A stretch of DNA of 64,000 nucleotides from Minisyncoccia bacterium (GCA_041752275.1 JBGSHK010000008.1:2641-66640); one strand, 5' to 3'. Shown: positions 1 to 9,942, numbered from the stretch's first letter. Program-made: numbers and translations. Notes: generated by a model not told the origin, from the sequence alone.

Positions 1-813
1 AAAGATTTTATTAGTTATGAACATATTATAACTCACAACATTTTAGATAAAATAAATTTCTTTTCAAGAAATCAAACAGCTTTACTTATAGGTGCGCTTA
101 TCATAGGTTCTGTTTTCGGACTTATAGATGATTTACTTCAAATATATGGTAAAGATTTGAAACTAGGAGACGGTATATCAAGAAAAACAAGAATATTTTT
201 TGTTTTATTTATAGCTGCAATAAGTGCTTATTGGTTTTATTTCAAATTGGGAATGAATACAATTCATATACCATTTGCAGGGGATTTATATTTAGGTATT
301 GGATTTATATTTTTATTTCTAATAGTTAGCTTAGCTATATTTTCAGGTGGTATTATAGACGGCATAGACGGTTTAGCTGCAGGTGTTTTAATACCAGCTT
401 TTTTAGCTTACACGATGATTGCTTTTGGAAATCAACAATATGACTTAGCCGCACTCGGAGGTTCTATTGTTGGTGGACTGCTGGCTTTTTTATGGTTCAA
501 TATACCGCCTGCTAGATTTTATTTGGGAGAAACAGGTATGTTGGGTTTGACCATAGTGCTATCCATGTTTGCTTTTTTAACAGATGAAGTTGTTGTTCTG
601 GCTATTATAGCTTTACCCCTACTTGTCACATCTGCATCATCGATATTGCAAATGTTTTCAAAAAAATATTTTAAGAAAAAAATATTTAGAATAGCCCCGC
701 TACATCATCATTTTCAGGCCATAGGATGGTCTTCTCCTCGTGTAACTATGAGATATTGGATTGTATCTATTATGTGCTCTGTTTCAGGTCTAATACTTGC
801 ATTTATAAGTTAA
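1..813 (+). CDS. mraY: phospho-N-acetylmuramoyl-pentapeptide transferase MraY, C-terminal part (5' end outside window)
   Basis: Frame 1 is open from nt 1. The translation carries MraY hallmarks (GLIDDLLQ, DGIDGLAAG, APLHHHFQ) and multiple TM helices. TAA stop at 811-813. Confidence 0.9.
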   Translation, partial: KDFISYEHIITHNILDKINFFSRNQTALLIGALIIGSVFGLIDDLLQIYGKDLKLGDGISRKTRIFFVLFIAAISAYWFYFKLGMNTIHIPFAGDLYLGIGFIFLFLIVSLAIFSGGIIDGIDGLAAGVLIPAFLAYTMIAFGNQQYDLAALGGSIVGGLLAFLWFNIPPARFYLGETGMLGLTIVLSMFAFLTDEVVVLAIIALPLLVTSASSILQMFSKKYFKKKIFRIAPLHHHFQAIGWSSPRVTMRYWIVSIMCSVSGLILAFIS

Positions 814-930
814 GGTCAAATTTATTTTCTCTATTTGACTACAGTCTCACTTCGTTATGGATACACTTTATCTAGGACAAAGTGTCGTTATAGAAATAAA
901 TTTTAGTAAATAATGATATAATTTATAAAA

Positions 931-2100
931 ATGAAAAATATTTTAAATATAATAACAAAAAATAAACCCAAAAAATCAAAAACTTTATCTAGAATAGAAA
1001 ATAGTATAGATAAACCCTTTATGATCATAACTTTTTTGCTTGTATTTTCCGGACTTATTATTTTTTCTTCTGCCATCATTATGCTTATAGGAACAGTAAA
1101 ATATGAAAGTGTTAGATTTAATCAATATTTTCTAGGTTTTGGTGGGGGACTAGTCTTAATGCTTATTTGCTATAATATACCCATATCTTTTTGGAGAAAA
1201 TATTCTTTTTATATTTATATAGCAGGTATTATTGCCATGATTATGGTTTTTGTGCCTGGATTAGGTGTATCACATGGTGGCGCTAGTAGATGGGTTCAAA
1301 TTTTTGGTATACGTTTTCAGCCTGCAGAATTGTATAAAATAGGTGCTGTTCTATACATGTCTTTGTGGTTTATGAGAAGTTTTGGAAAAAAACTCGACAA
1401 TACTCAAAATTTCTTTATTAGAACTTTACCTCTCATTATCATATTGGGTATAAGTGCTATATTATTTTTACTACAGCCTGACACAGATATATTAGGTGTT
1501 ATATCTTTATCTCTGATAATTATGTATTTATCATCAGGTGGAAATATTAAAGATATTGTAATATTAGGAACTATAGGTATTATCGCTTTATCTGCTATTA
1601 TATTTTCTCGTCCATATGTTATGAAAAGAATAGAGATATTTTTAAATCCAGGTTTAGACCCTAAAGGTTCAGGTTATCAATTTCAGCAATCTTTAATAGC
1701 TATAGGCTCAGGAGGTTTAACCGGTCGAGGTTTTGGACAAAGTATACAAAAATACAAATATTTACCAGAACCTATCGGAGACTCAATATTTGCAGTATCT
1801 TCAGAAGACTTTGGTTTTATAGGATCTACTTTCTTAATAGGTTTATATATAGCATTTTTGATGAGAGGTTTTAAGTTGGCTAAAAAATCTTCTTCATACG
1901 GGTCTCTAGTCATGGTCGGTCTATTATCTTTGATAGTTATACAATCATTTGTAAACATGTCTTCTATGCTAGGTATATTGCCATTATCTGGAACACCGCT
2001 CATATTTGTCAGTCAGGGCGGGACATCACTTCTTGTATCACTTATGTCTATAGGAATAATATTATCAGCCTCAAGAGAAAAGAAGGTGGTAATAAAATAA
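931..2100 (+). CDS. ftsW: SEDS-family peptidoglycan glycosyltransferase FtsW
   Basis: Polytopic membrane protein with the SEDS motif PEPIGDSIFA; sits between mraY and murG as in dcw clusters. Confidence 0.8.
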   Translation: MKNILNIITKNKPKKSKTLSRIENSIDKPFMIITFLLVFSGLIIFSSAIIMLIGTVKYESVRFNQYFLGFGGGLVLMLICYNIPISFWRKYSFYIYIAGIIAMIMVFVPGLGVSHGGASRWVQIFGIRFQPAELYKIGAVLYMSLWFMRSFGKKLDNTQNFFIRTLPLIIILGISAILFLLQPDTDILGVISLSLIIMYLSSGGNIKDIVILGTIGIIALSAIIFSRPYVMKRIEIFLNPGLDPKGSGYQFQQSLIAIGSGGLTGRGFGQSIQKYKYLPEPIGDSIFAVSSEDFGFIGSTFLIGLYIAFLMRGFKLAKKSSSYGSLVMVGLLSLIVIQSFVNMSSMLGILPLSGTPLIFVSQGGTSLLVSLMSIGIILSASREKKVVIK

Positions 2101-2122
2101 AGGTGGTGTATAATTTAACATT

Positions 2123-3262
2123 ATGAAAATAGTCATAACAGGAGGAGGAACAGGTGGACATTTTTATCCATTACTTGCAGTTGTTGATGCAATTTTGGAA
2201 GAATGTAGAGATCAAAAAATTTTAAATCCACGTATTTACTATACAGGTCCAAATCCATACAATATTAAAGAATTATTTGATAGAGATATAGAATATATAA
2301 ACATACCCGCAGGTAAAAAACGTATAAATCCAAAAGGTATGGCCATTGTCAATAATTTTATTGATATTTTCCGTATGGGCTTTGGTGTTGTTGTTGCTAT
2401 ATTCAAAATCTTTAGTATATTTCCTGATGTTGTTTTTGCAAAAGGGGGGTTTTCTAGTTTTCCTACACTTTTTGCGGCAAAACTTCTGGGAATACCAGTT
2501 ATTATTCATGAATCAGATTCTGTTCCCGGTCGTGTCAACTTATGGGCTGCAAAATTTGCAAAAAGAATAGCTGTGTCTTTTAAAGAATCAGCAGAATATT
2601 TTGATGCTAAAAAAGTTGCTTACACAGGACAACCTATTAGAAATGAATTATTAAAACCTATAAAAGTTGGCGCTCATGAATATTTAAACCTAGATCCGGA
2701 TTTAAAAACTATATCAATTTTAGGAGGTTCTTCAGGTGCAAAAAAAATAAATGATATTATTATAAACATATTACCTCAGCTTGTAGAAAAATATCAAATA
2801 GTACATCAAACAGGTAAAGCTAATTTTTCTATTGTTAAAGGTATGGCAAAGCTTACACTTGAAGGATCTACAAAATCAGATAGATATAAACCTATTGATT
2901 ATTTAAATATAATGTCTATGCGTATGCTTGGAGGTGTTTCAGATATAATAATATCTCGTGCCGGATCAGGTTTGTTTGAAATAGCATCTTGGGGTGTTCC
3001 TAGTATATTAATACCTATTACTGATTCAAACGGAGATCATCAAAGAAAAAATGCTTTTAATTATTTAAGGGCTGGTGGCTGTGAAGTTATAGAAGAATCA
3101 AATCTTTCAGGGCAGATTTTATTAAATGAAATAAACAGAGTATTATCTGATACAATGCTCAGAGAAAAAATGATTAAAAGTGCACAGGTTTTTTCTACGC
3201 CTGATGCGGCAAAAACCATAGCTCATGAGGTTTTAAACATAGCTTTAAGTCATGAGGTTTAG
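2123..3262 (+). CDS. murG: UDP-GlcNAc:undecaprenyl-PP-MurNAc-pentapeptide GlcNAc transferase MurG
   Basis: N-terminal GGTGGHFYP glycosyltransferase family 28 signature; dcw context. Confidence 0.9.
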   Translation: MKIVITGGGTGGHFYPLLAVVDAILEECRDQKILNPRIYYTGPNPYNIKELFDRDIEYINIPAGKKRINPKGMAIVNNFIDIFRMGFGVVVAIFKIFSIFPDVVFAKGGFSSFPTLFAAKLLGIPVIIHESDSVPGRVNLWAAKFAKRIAVSFKESAEYFDAKKVAYTGQPIRNELLKPIKVGAHEYLNLDPDLKTISILGGSSGAKKINDIIINILPQLVEKYQIVHQTGKANFSIVKGMAKLTLEGSTKSDRYKPIDYLNIMSMRMLGGVSDIIISRAGSGLFEIASWGVPSILIPITDSNGDHQRKNAFNYLRAGGCEVIEESNLSGQILLNEINRVLSDTMLREKMIKSAQVFSTPDAAKTIAHEVLNIALSHEV

Positions 3263-3388
3263 ATGTTGCACAATATCAGTTTAGGTGTTATTATGTTTAG
3301 GAAATGTTCTTTATATATCCTAAGGGAAGGGTAAATTATTTGAACATTTGACTAAAACAACAAAAAAAGTAGAAAGTTATTAGTTATT

Positions 3389-3832
3389 ATGAAAAAAGGA
3401 CTAGTTATAGGATTGAATCCACAAAGAATAAAAAAAATCTGCAACCGAAAAGTTCAAAAAATGATTACTTTAGGAGATGGATTTATCGCATTCTTGATGA
3501 ATGCAGTTGAAGATGAAGAGATTCAGATTGCAAATGCTCATTTTCAATCAACTATTACAGACATCAGTGGATTCCTTGCTGACCATGATTTTAAGCCTGT
3601 ACCAATCGAATCCTTAGAATTGATTGAGGAAAGGCTTCGTGTGCATAATGTAAAAGTGGTAGATATGGTTATTCCGTTCCGTATACCACCAAATCGTGGT
3701 CACTATTTGAAACTTGATCGTCAGAGTATGCGATATAAAAAAACACAACTTGTTATTCAAAATCTACACATACAAGGCGATGAATTTATAGTAGTCGCTA
3801 TGGATCCTATGTGGGAATATGGAGAAGGTTAG
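3389..3832 (+). CDS. hypothetical protein inserted between murG and mraZ
   Basis: 147-aa ORF with no recognisable family. Followed by two consecutive rho-independent terminators. GC somewhat above neighbouring genes. Confidence 0.45.
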   Translation: MKKGLVIGLNPQRIKKICNRKVQKMITLGDGFIAFLMNAVEDEEIQIANAHFQSTITDISGFLADHDFKPVPIESLELIEERLRVHNVKVVDMVIPFRIPPNRGHYLKLDRQSMRYKKTQLVIQNLHIQGDEFIVVAMDPMWEYGEG

Positions 3833-3877
3833 TTGATAACCCAAACTGACACCACAAACCAACAACCAGCCAACAAA

Positions 3878-3914
3878 AAAGCCACCTTCGTCCCGGACGG
3901 TGGCTATTTTTTTA
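3878..3914 (+). terminator. rho-independent terminator (GCCACC..GGTGGC hairpin plus T-run)
   Basis: gccaccttcgtcccggacggtggc followed by tattttttt. Confidence 0.6.
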
Positions 3915-3930
3915 TCTCAATTTTACCCAA

Positions 3931-3966
3931 AAACCACAATTATCCACAATACTGTGGTTTTTTGTT
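3931..3966 (+). terminator. second rho-independent terminator; loop contains a perfect DnaA-box-like TTATCCACA
   Basis: ccacaattatccacaatactgtgg followed by tttttgtttt. Confidence 0.55.
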
Positions 3967-3973
3967 TTAGATT

Positions 3974-4012
3974 TATTTGCGCAAATGTATCATAGTGGTA
4001 TATAATGGGTAC
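3974..4012 (+). promoter_or_regulatory. putative mraZ (Pmra) promoter with extended -10 (tggTATATAAT)
   Basis: TTGCGC ... tggTATATAAT about 40 nt upstream of mraZ; a GTGGG motif (MraZ-box-like) follows. Confidence 0.4.
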
Positions 4013-4052
4013 AGGTGGGATAAAGTGTCATATATAAAAAATTATTAAAATT

Positions 4053-4511
4053 ATGTTTATCGGCGAATTTACACACACATTAGATGACAAAAAAAGACTA
4101 TCACTTCCATCAAAGTTCAAAAAAGAACTTGGAAAAAAAGTGATAATAACACACGGACTCGACAACTGTTTGTTTATGTTTACTTTGTCTCAATGGGGTA
4201 AAATCGCAGAACAACTTGGAAATATGTCTTTTGGAAATGCAGACTCAAGAGGTTTCAACAGAATCATGCTAGGAGGTGCTGTAGAGGTTGAGATTGATAC
4301 AGCAGGTAGAATTCTTATACCAGATTTCTTAAGACAATACGCTGGAGTTTCTACAGTAGAGGACAAAAAAGAAAATACAAAACTTGTTTTTACTGGAGTA
4401 CATACACGTATTGAAATCTGGGAAGAAAAAAGATGGAAATCATATAAAGAAAAAATACTTAAACAAGCAGATAGTCTAGCTTCCAAGTTAAGTTCCATTG
4501 GAGCTATATAA
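4053..4511 (+). CDS. mraZ: transcriptional regulator MraZ
   Basis: 152 aa with the duplicated MraZ-domain pattern (DxKxRLxLP ... GxDxCLxxF; second half TAGRILIP). Confidence 0.85.
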   Translation: MFIGEFTHTLDDKKRLSLPSKFKKELGKKVIITHGLDNCLFMFTLSQWGKIAEQLGNMSFGNADSRGFNRIMLGGAVEVEIDTAGRILIPDFLRQYAGVSTVEDKKENTKLVFTGVHTRIEIWEEKRWKSYKEKILKQADSLASKLSSIGAI

Positions 4512-4515
4512 AAAT

Positions 4516-5454
4516 ATGATTAGACATATACCTGTTTTAGCAAAAGAAATATACGAGAACATTGTAAAAAATAATATAAATAAAGATAAAACTGAAAACT
4601 ATTATCATTTAGATTGCAATTTTGGCGACGGGGGACATGTTGAATATTTTATAGAAAACTTGATTAAAGATAATATATATAAAAACATTTTTATATATGC
4701 ATTAGACTTAGATAATGATGCTATATCTAGAGGTAAAAACTTTTTAAAAAAGTATAAGGAAAATAAACAAGTTTCTATAAATATAATACAAGGTAATTTT
4801 GCGAACATTACAGACCTTATAAAAGATATAAAATTTAATAGCATTCTATTTGATTTAGGCTTAAGTACTTATCAACTTAATGGCGCAGGAAGAGGTTTTT
4901 CGTTTAAATTTGATGAAAAATTAGATATGAGATTCTCGACATTGGTTGCCACAGAAGGTGAGTTGACCGCATACGATATAATAAACTTTTGGTCACTAGA
5001 TAATATTTGTCTTATTTTACGAAAATATGCCGATGAAAAATCAGCATGGCGTATAGCAAATAAGATAGTAGAGCTTAGAGAACATAAAAAAATAGAAACT
5101 TCAGGTGAACTCGCAAATATTATTGAAAAAGAAGTTTTTAAAAATAAAAAAAATAAAATTCACCCAGCTACAAAAACTTTTCAGGCTATACGTATTGCTG
5201 TAAATGGGGAGCTTCAGGCTTTAGAGCAAGGTTTAAATGCAGCATACGATGCTTTAAAAGAAGATGGATATATTGCAGTTATAAGTTATCACAGTTTAGA
5301 GGATATTATAACTAAACAATTTTTTAAAAAGTTGGAAAATGAAAAAAAAGGTATACGTTTAAATAAGAAAATTATCATACCAACAGATACGGAAATAAAA
5401 CAAAATTCAAAATCAAGATCTGCTAAATTAAGAATTTTTAAAAAACAAAAATAA
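4516..5454 (+). CDS. rsmH: 16S rRNA (cytosine1402-N4)-methyltransferase RsmH (MraW)
   Basis: HIPVLAKEI ... DCNFGDGGH SAM-methyltransferase signature directly after mraZ. ORF-track start 4498 is a TTG; the ATG at 4516 (MIRHIPVL) is preferred. Confidence 0.8.
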   Translation: MIRHIPVLAKEIYENIVKNNINKDKTENYYHLDCNFGDGGHVEYFIENLIKDNIYKNIFIYALDLDNDAISRGKNFLKKYKENKQVSINIIQGNFANITDLIKDIKFNSILFDLGLSTYQLNGAGRGFSFKFDEKLDMRFSTLVATEGELTAYDIINFWSLDNICLILRKYADEKSAWRIANKIVELREHKKIETSGELANIIEKEVFKNKKNKIHPATKTFQAIRIAVNGELQALEQGLNAAYDALKEDGYIAVISYHSLEDIITKQFFKKLENEKKGIRLNKKIIIPTDTEIKQNSKSRSAKLRIFKKQK

Positions 5455-5480
5455 GAAACAAAAGTATAAAAAATAAAAAT

Positions 5481-5777
5481 ATGAAAAATAAATCAAAAAA
5501 TATCTATAATTTATCGGTTTTAACAATGGTATTAATTTTGAGCTTTTCTTATATTGTTTGTATATATAAAACAGTTGTTTTAGCGTCTGATTCTGAGATA
5601 AATAATAAAAAAATAGCAATAATAAATGAAATTATAAATCAAAAAGAATTTGATTATATAGATAAAGTTGCATCTATTGATATAGACACTGCAGCATCTT
5701 TAGGTTATAAGAAAAATTCAGAAAATATGATAGCTTACTCTAATATAAAAGATAATACAGAATTTGCTAGAAGATAA
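5481..5777 (+). CDS. small bitopic membrane protein, FtsL-like by position
   Basis: 98 aa with a single TM helix, located between rsmH and ftsI as FtsL is in dcw clusters. No direct sequence evidence. Confidence 0.3.
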   Translation: MKNKSKNIYNLSVLTMVLILSFSYIVCIYKTVVLASDSEINNKKIAIINEIINQKEFDYIDKVASIDIDTAASLGYKKNSENMIAYSNIKDNTEFARR

Positions 5778-7549
5778 TGATTACTTTTGCTAAAAGAATA
5801 AGAATAATATCTATCTTTTTTGTTTTAGTTGCTTTATTGTTAATATCTAGATTGTATACAATACAAATTTTAAATCATGATAAATATGTTGATATAGGAG
5901 ATAGACAATATATTAAAAAAAATTCAAACATGCATGATAGGGGAGATATATATTTTACAAAAAAAGATGGAACCCATGTTGTTGCCGCAACTATGAGAGA
6001 TGAATATACTCTTTATATAAACCCTAAATCTTTTTATACTTTTTTAAAATCATATAAAAACACTACTTCAAAAACAGAAGATCAACTATTGTCTGAAGTT
6101 ACTTCTAGTTTAATAAATTCTCTAAAAATAGAATCAGAAAAAAAAGAAGATTTAAATACTAAAATTCAGAAAATAAAAGATAAAAAAAATGATACCAGCT
6201 TAGAGTTATTGAAAGAATTATCTTATGAAGAGCAAAATATTATAAAAGATTTAAAATTTGATTTTCTATCTTTAGGGGTTGAAAAAAAGAGGTATTATCC
6301 AGGCAACAGCTTAGCTTCAAATGTTATAGGTGTCTTAGGTTTTCAAGGTAATCAAATCGCAGGTAGATATGGATTAGAAAAATATTTTGAAGATACTTTA
6401 TCAAGAAATAATAAAGTTTATAATAATTTTTTTGTTGATTTATTTTCTGGTGCTAAAAAAATTATTTCTGATAGAGATAAATTGGAGGGAGATATATATA
6501 CAACAATAGAACCAATAGTACAAAAGGAATTAGAAAAAAAAATACTTCAAGTAAATGATAAGCAGAATTCTGATTTAACTGGTGCAATAATAATGAATCC
6601 GTATACAGGGGAAATAATCGCTATGGCAAAAGTACCAACTTTTTCTCATGACAATAAAAAATATGATATTTCAAGTTATAAAAACGATATGGTTGAAAAT
6701 TCTTATGAAATGGGATCTATTATAAAACCTTTAACTATGGCAGTTGGTGTTGATCTGGGTAAAGTTGATTCAGAGTTTACATATAAAGATAATGGTTTTG
6801 TAAAAGTTCGCGATAGAACAATATATAACTTTGATAAAAAAGCCAGAGGTAATATAAATATGCAAACTGCTTTTTCTCAATCTCTTAACACTGCTTTTGT
6901 ATACATATCAACACTTGTTGGCAATGAAAATTTAACTAAATATTTTACAAGTTTCGGTATGAGAGATAAAACCGGTATAGACTTGCCAAATGAATCATCT
7001 CCTTTGACAAATAACTTAGACAAAGGTGATGTTGAGCATGCAACTATATCTTTTGGTCAAGGTATTGCCATGAGTCCTATAGGTACAATAAGATCTTTAT
7101 CTGTGATAGCAAATAGTGGCTATATTGTAAAACCCCATGTTGTAAATAAAATTAAATATAAAATAGGTAATACTTTTGAGATAAAAAACGCTACTGAAGA
7201 AGAAAATAAAAAAATATTATTAAAAAATGAAACAATAGATGAGGTAAAATCTATGATGGTTTATAATGTTGATAATGTTTTATTAAATGGTTCTAGAAAA
7301 AATGCCAGACATAGCATAGCGGCCAAAACAGGTACTGCTCAAATAGCCTCTGAATCAGGTGGATATATTGACGGTAAAAATATGCATACATTTATAGGTT
7401 TTTTTCCTGCTTATAAGCCAGAATTTATAATATTGCTATATACTATAGATCCAAAATCTTCAAGGTATGCATCAGAATCATTGGCTACACCTTTTATGGA
7501 TTTAACAGATTTTTTAATTCAATATTATGAAATACAACCAGATAGATAA
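5777..7549 (+). CDS. ftsI: penicillin-binding protein 2/3 transpeptidase (FtsI-like)
   Basis: N-terminal TM helix; SxxK (SIIK), SxN (SLN) and KTG (KTGTA) motifs. Confidence 0.85.
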   Translation: MITFAKRIRIISIFFVLVALLLISRLYTIQILNHDKYVDIGDRQYIKKNSNMHDRGDIYFTKKDGTHVVAATMRDEYTLYINPKSFYTFLKSYKNTTSKTEDQLLSEVTSSLINSLKIESEKKEDLNTKIQKIKDKKNDTSLELLKELSYEEQNIIKDLKFDFLSLGVEKKRYYPGNSLASNVIGVLGFQGNQIAGRYGLEKYFEDTLSRNNKVYNNFFVDLFSGAKKIISDRDKLEGDIYTTIEPIVQKELEKKILQVNDKQNSDLTGAIIMNPYTGEIIAMAKVPTFSHDNKKYDISSYKNDMVENSYEMGSIIKPLTMAVGVDLGKVDSEFTYKDNGFVKVRDRTIYNFDKKARGNINMQTAFSQSLNTAFVYISTLVGNENLTKYFTSFGMRDKTGIDLPNESSPLTNNLDKGDVEHATISFGQGIAMSPIGTIRSLSVIANSGYIVKPHVVNKIKYKIGNTFEIKNATEEENKKILLKNETIDEVKSMMVYNVDNVLLNGSRKNARHSIAAKTGTAQIASESGGYIDGKNMHTFIGFFPAYKPEFIILLYTIDPKSSRYASESLATPFMDLTDFLIQYYEIQPDR

Positions 7550-7627
7550 TAGTATAAATGGTGTATTTTAATATATTGTGTTAACATAGGTTATCAAAAT
7601 ATATAAAATTAAACATTAAACATAAAT

Positions 7628-8989
7628 ATGATTAAATCACATGGACGTAAGTCAAAAATAATTGCCAAAATAGCTGACAACAACGCAGAACCAGAATACT
7701 TAAAATCTCTTATAGAGGCCGGTATTGATGTTATGTGGCTAAACACTGCTCATCAAGGTGAGGAAGAAGCTCTCGATGTTGTCAACAAAATACGTCAAGT
7801 GTCAGATCAAAAAATGTCTATTTTACTTGATACAAAAGGACCTGAAACTAGAACAAAAGGATTAGAAAATCCTTTGGAAATTAAAAAAGGTGATTATGTT
7901 GTTTTCACAGGTGATATGTCTTTAACAGGTTCAAATATTATAGGTGTAGATTATCCAAATTTTCACAATGAAATACCTGTAGGAGAGCTTATAAGTTATG
8001 ACGATAACTCAGCTTCTTTTATAGTTGAAGAAAAAGTTGATAACGGTATAAAATGTATAGTAAAAAATGATGCTATTATAAAAAATAAAAAAAGTTTAAA
8101 TGTTCCAAATGTTCACATAAACTTACCCTCACTTACTCCAAAAGATGTTAGCTTTATACATTTCTGTGCTAAAAATGATATAGATTTTATCATTCACTCT
8201 TTTGTAAGAAATGTTCAAGATTTAAACGATATAAAAGAAATACTTAAAGAATATCCAGCTTATAAAGGTAAAATTATAGCAAAAATAGAAAATAGAGCAG
8301 GTTTTGACAATAGAGATGGTATTTTAGATAACTGTGATGGACTTATGGTAGCCCGAGGAGACCTTATGGCCGAAGTTCCTCTTGAAGAGCTTCCTTATAT
8401 GCAAAAGAAAATGGTTGAATCAACTTTGAAAAAAGGAAAATACTGCATAGTTGCAACTCAAGTTCTTAAAAATATGGTTAAAAATCCATCTCCTACACGT
8501 GCTGAAGTTCTTGATATTGGTAACGCGGTCCTAGACGGGACTCATGGTATATCTATGAGTGATGAAACAGCTTTTGGTGATTATCCTCTTGAGGCTACAA
8601 ACGTAATGCATAGAGTTATGAAATATACAGAAGATATGAGAGGTGAACTTGTTCATTTTACAGCAGAGCCGGTATCAACAGATCCTTTATTTACTTGGGC
8701 AAAAGAAGTTGTTGAAAAGGCAAATTCTGAAAAAATTACAGCCATAGTAACAAAAATTTCTCTTGAGGCTAACAAAGCGTTGTCTGCATATCATCCAATG
8801 TCAACTATCTATGCAGGAGTGTCTGATATTATGGATTTTAGAAATATGTCTTTAGGGTATGCTTTAACACCTATAATGATAGAAAATGATACCGTTTTAG
8901 ATCTTAAAAACTCTATATCTTTTGAATCACAAGACAAGATCATGTTATGTGAAGAAGTTGATGGAAAACTTGTGTATAGCATTGTTTAG
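7628..8989 (+). CDS. pyk: pyruvate kinase
   Basis: RKSKIIAKI..., LDTKGPETR, MVARGDLMAEVP conserved pyruvate kinase blocks. Confidence 0.85.
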   Translation: MIKSHGRKSKIIAKIADNNAEPEYLKSLIEAGIDVMWLNTAHQGEEEALDVVNKIRQVSDQKMSILLDTKGPETRTKGLENPLEIKKGDYVVFTGDMSLTGSNIIGVDYPNFHNEIPVGELISYDDNSASFIVEEKVDNGIKCIVKNDAIIKNKKSLNVPNVHINLPSLTPKDVSFIHFCAKNDIDFIIHSFVRNVQDLNDIKEILKEYPAYKGKIIAKIENRAGFDNRDGILDNCDGLMVARGDLMAEVPLEELPYMQKKMVESTLKKGKYCIVATQVLKNMVKNPSPTRAEVLDIGNAVLDGTHGISMSDETAFGDYPLEATNVMHRVMKYTEDMRGELVHFTAEPVSTDPLFTWAKEVVEKANSEKITAIVTKISLEANKALSAYHPMSTIYAGVSDIMDFRNMSLGYALTPIMIENDTVLDLKNSISFESQDKIMLCEEVDGKLVYSIV

Positions 8990-8990
8990 T

Positions 8991-9072
8991 TTATTCATTT
9001 CGATCATAGTCCTCAAAAAGAGCTATTTTGGATAGCTCTTTTCTGCGGATGATCTTATTCATAAATAAACAA
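8991..9072 (+). repeat. copy A of a ~70-nt conserved intergenic module (TCATTTCGATCATAGTCCTCA - hairpin - TCTGCGGATGATCTTATTCATAAATAAA)
   Basis: Shares its 5' and 3' flank motifs with copies at 19969-20040 and 33681-33752. The central hairpin (11-bp stem) differs in sequence but not in structure. Confidence 0.7.
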
Positions 9073-9107
9073 TGAGTAACTCTTGACCATTATGATATAA
9101 TAGATAA

Positions 9108-9923
9108 GTGCCAAACATAAAAACATCCACAAAAAAAAATATACCAATAAAATCTCCATATGTAGAAATATATAATGGTGATTTGGTATTTATAGAAAAT
9201 GAAACAACTTACGGCAATAAATCAGCTAGTTTTATTGCTGGCAAAGTTTACCCTTTAAAAGTAAGAGATCTTCCTGATCATGATAAACCTAGGGAAAAAC
9301 TATTAAACCTAGGTGTAAAATCACTTGGATTAACAGAGTTACTTTCTATTGTACTCATGACAGGTACTAAAAAAGAAGATGTTTTATCCATGTCTTCTCG
9401 TGTCATAAAAGAATATGGAAAAAGTATTTTTTCAAATCCTGGACTTGATTTAAATAAAATATCAAAAGATTTAGATATACCTATAACTAAAGTATGTCAG
9501 ATTATTGCATGTGGGGAACTTGGTAAAAGACTTTTTGATAAAAATATAAATGGGGTAAAAACCATAAGAACAGTTGATGATGTTTATGAACACACAAAAG
9601 ACATGCATGGTTTATCAAAAGAACATTTAAGAGGGCTTTATCTGGACACTCACAATAAGATAATACATGATGAAGTTTTGTCTATTGGTACCATAAACAG
9701 TAGCATTATACATGCTAGAGAAGTTTTTAAACCGGCCATAGAGTATGGTGCAGCAGCATTTATACTTGTACACAACCATCCATCAGGTATCTCAACACCA
9801 TCAGAGTCAGATAAACTTATTACAGAGCAGATTATAAAAGCAGGAAAGGTTTTAGGCATAGCCTTGCTTGATCATGTTGTTGTGACAAGAGATTCTTTTG
9901 CCTCTGTGCCAGTTGAGTATTAG
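9108..9923 (+). CDS. radC: RadC-family JAMM/MPN+ protein
   Basis: C-terminal HNHPSG...SESD JAMM motif and N-terminal helix-hairpin-helix-like PREKLL..GxxxLxxxELLSIVL. GTG start at 9108 per the ORF track; the true start is uncertain. Confidence 0.8.
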   Translation: MPNIKTSTKKNIPIKSPYVEIYNGDLVFIENETTYGNKSASFIAGKVYPLKVRDLPDHDKPREKLLNLGVKSLGLTELLSIVLMTGTKKEDVLSMSSRVIKEYGKSIFSNPGLDLNKISKDLDIPITKVCQIIACGELGKRLFDKNINGVKTIRTVDDVYEHTKDMHGLSKEHLRGLYLDTHNKIIHDEVLSIGTINSSIIHAREVFKPAIEYGAAAFILVHNHPSGISTPSESDKLITEQIIKAGKVLGIALLDHVVVTRDSFASVPVEY

Positions 9924-9942
9924 TTTTATTATTTTAAAAAAT

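Noticed and set aside
1683-2003. Numerous 60-130-aa ORFs antisense or out of frame inside confidently assigned genes (e.g. 1683..2003, 2273..2509, 4190..4498, 9650..9859, 15188..15533, 22196..22597, 23107..23946, 44004..44732, 54645..55004, 56242..57137)
   Set aside because: They are fully embedded in genes with strong family signatures on the other strand or frame, and their compositions are typical of shadow ORFs.
3941-3949. DnaA box TTATCCACA inside the terminator loop as an origin-related site
   Set aside because: It is a single isolated box with no cluster, no dnaA/dnaN nearby and no AT-rich unwinding element, so it is most likely coincidental.
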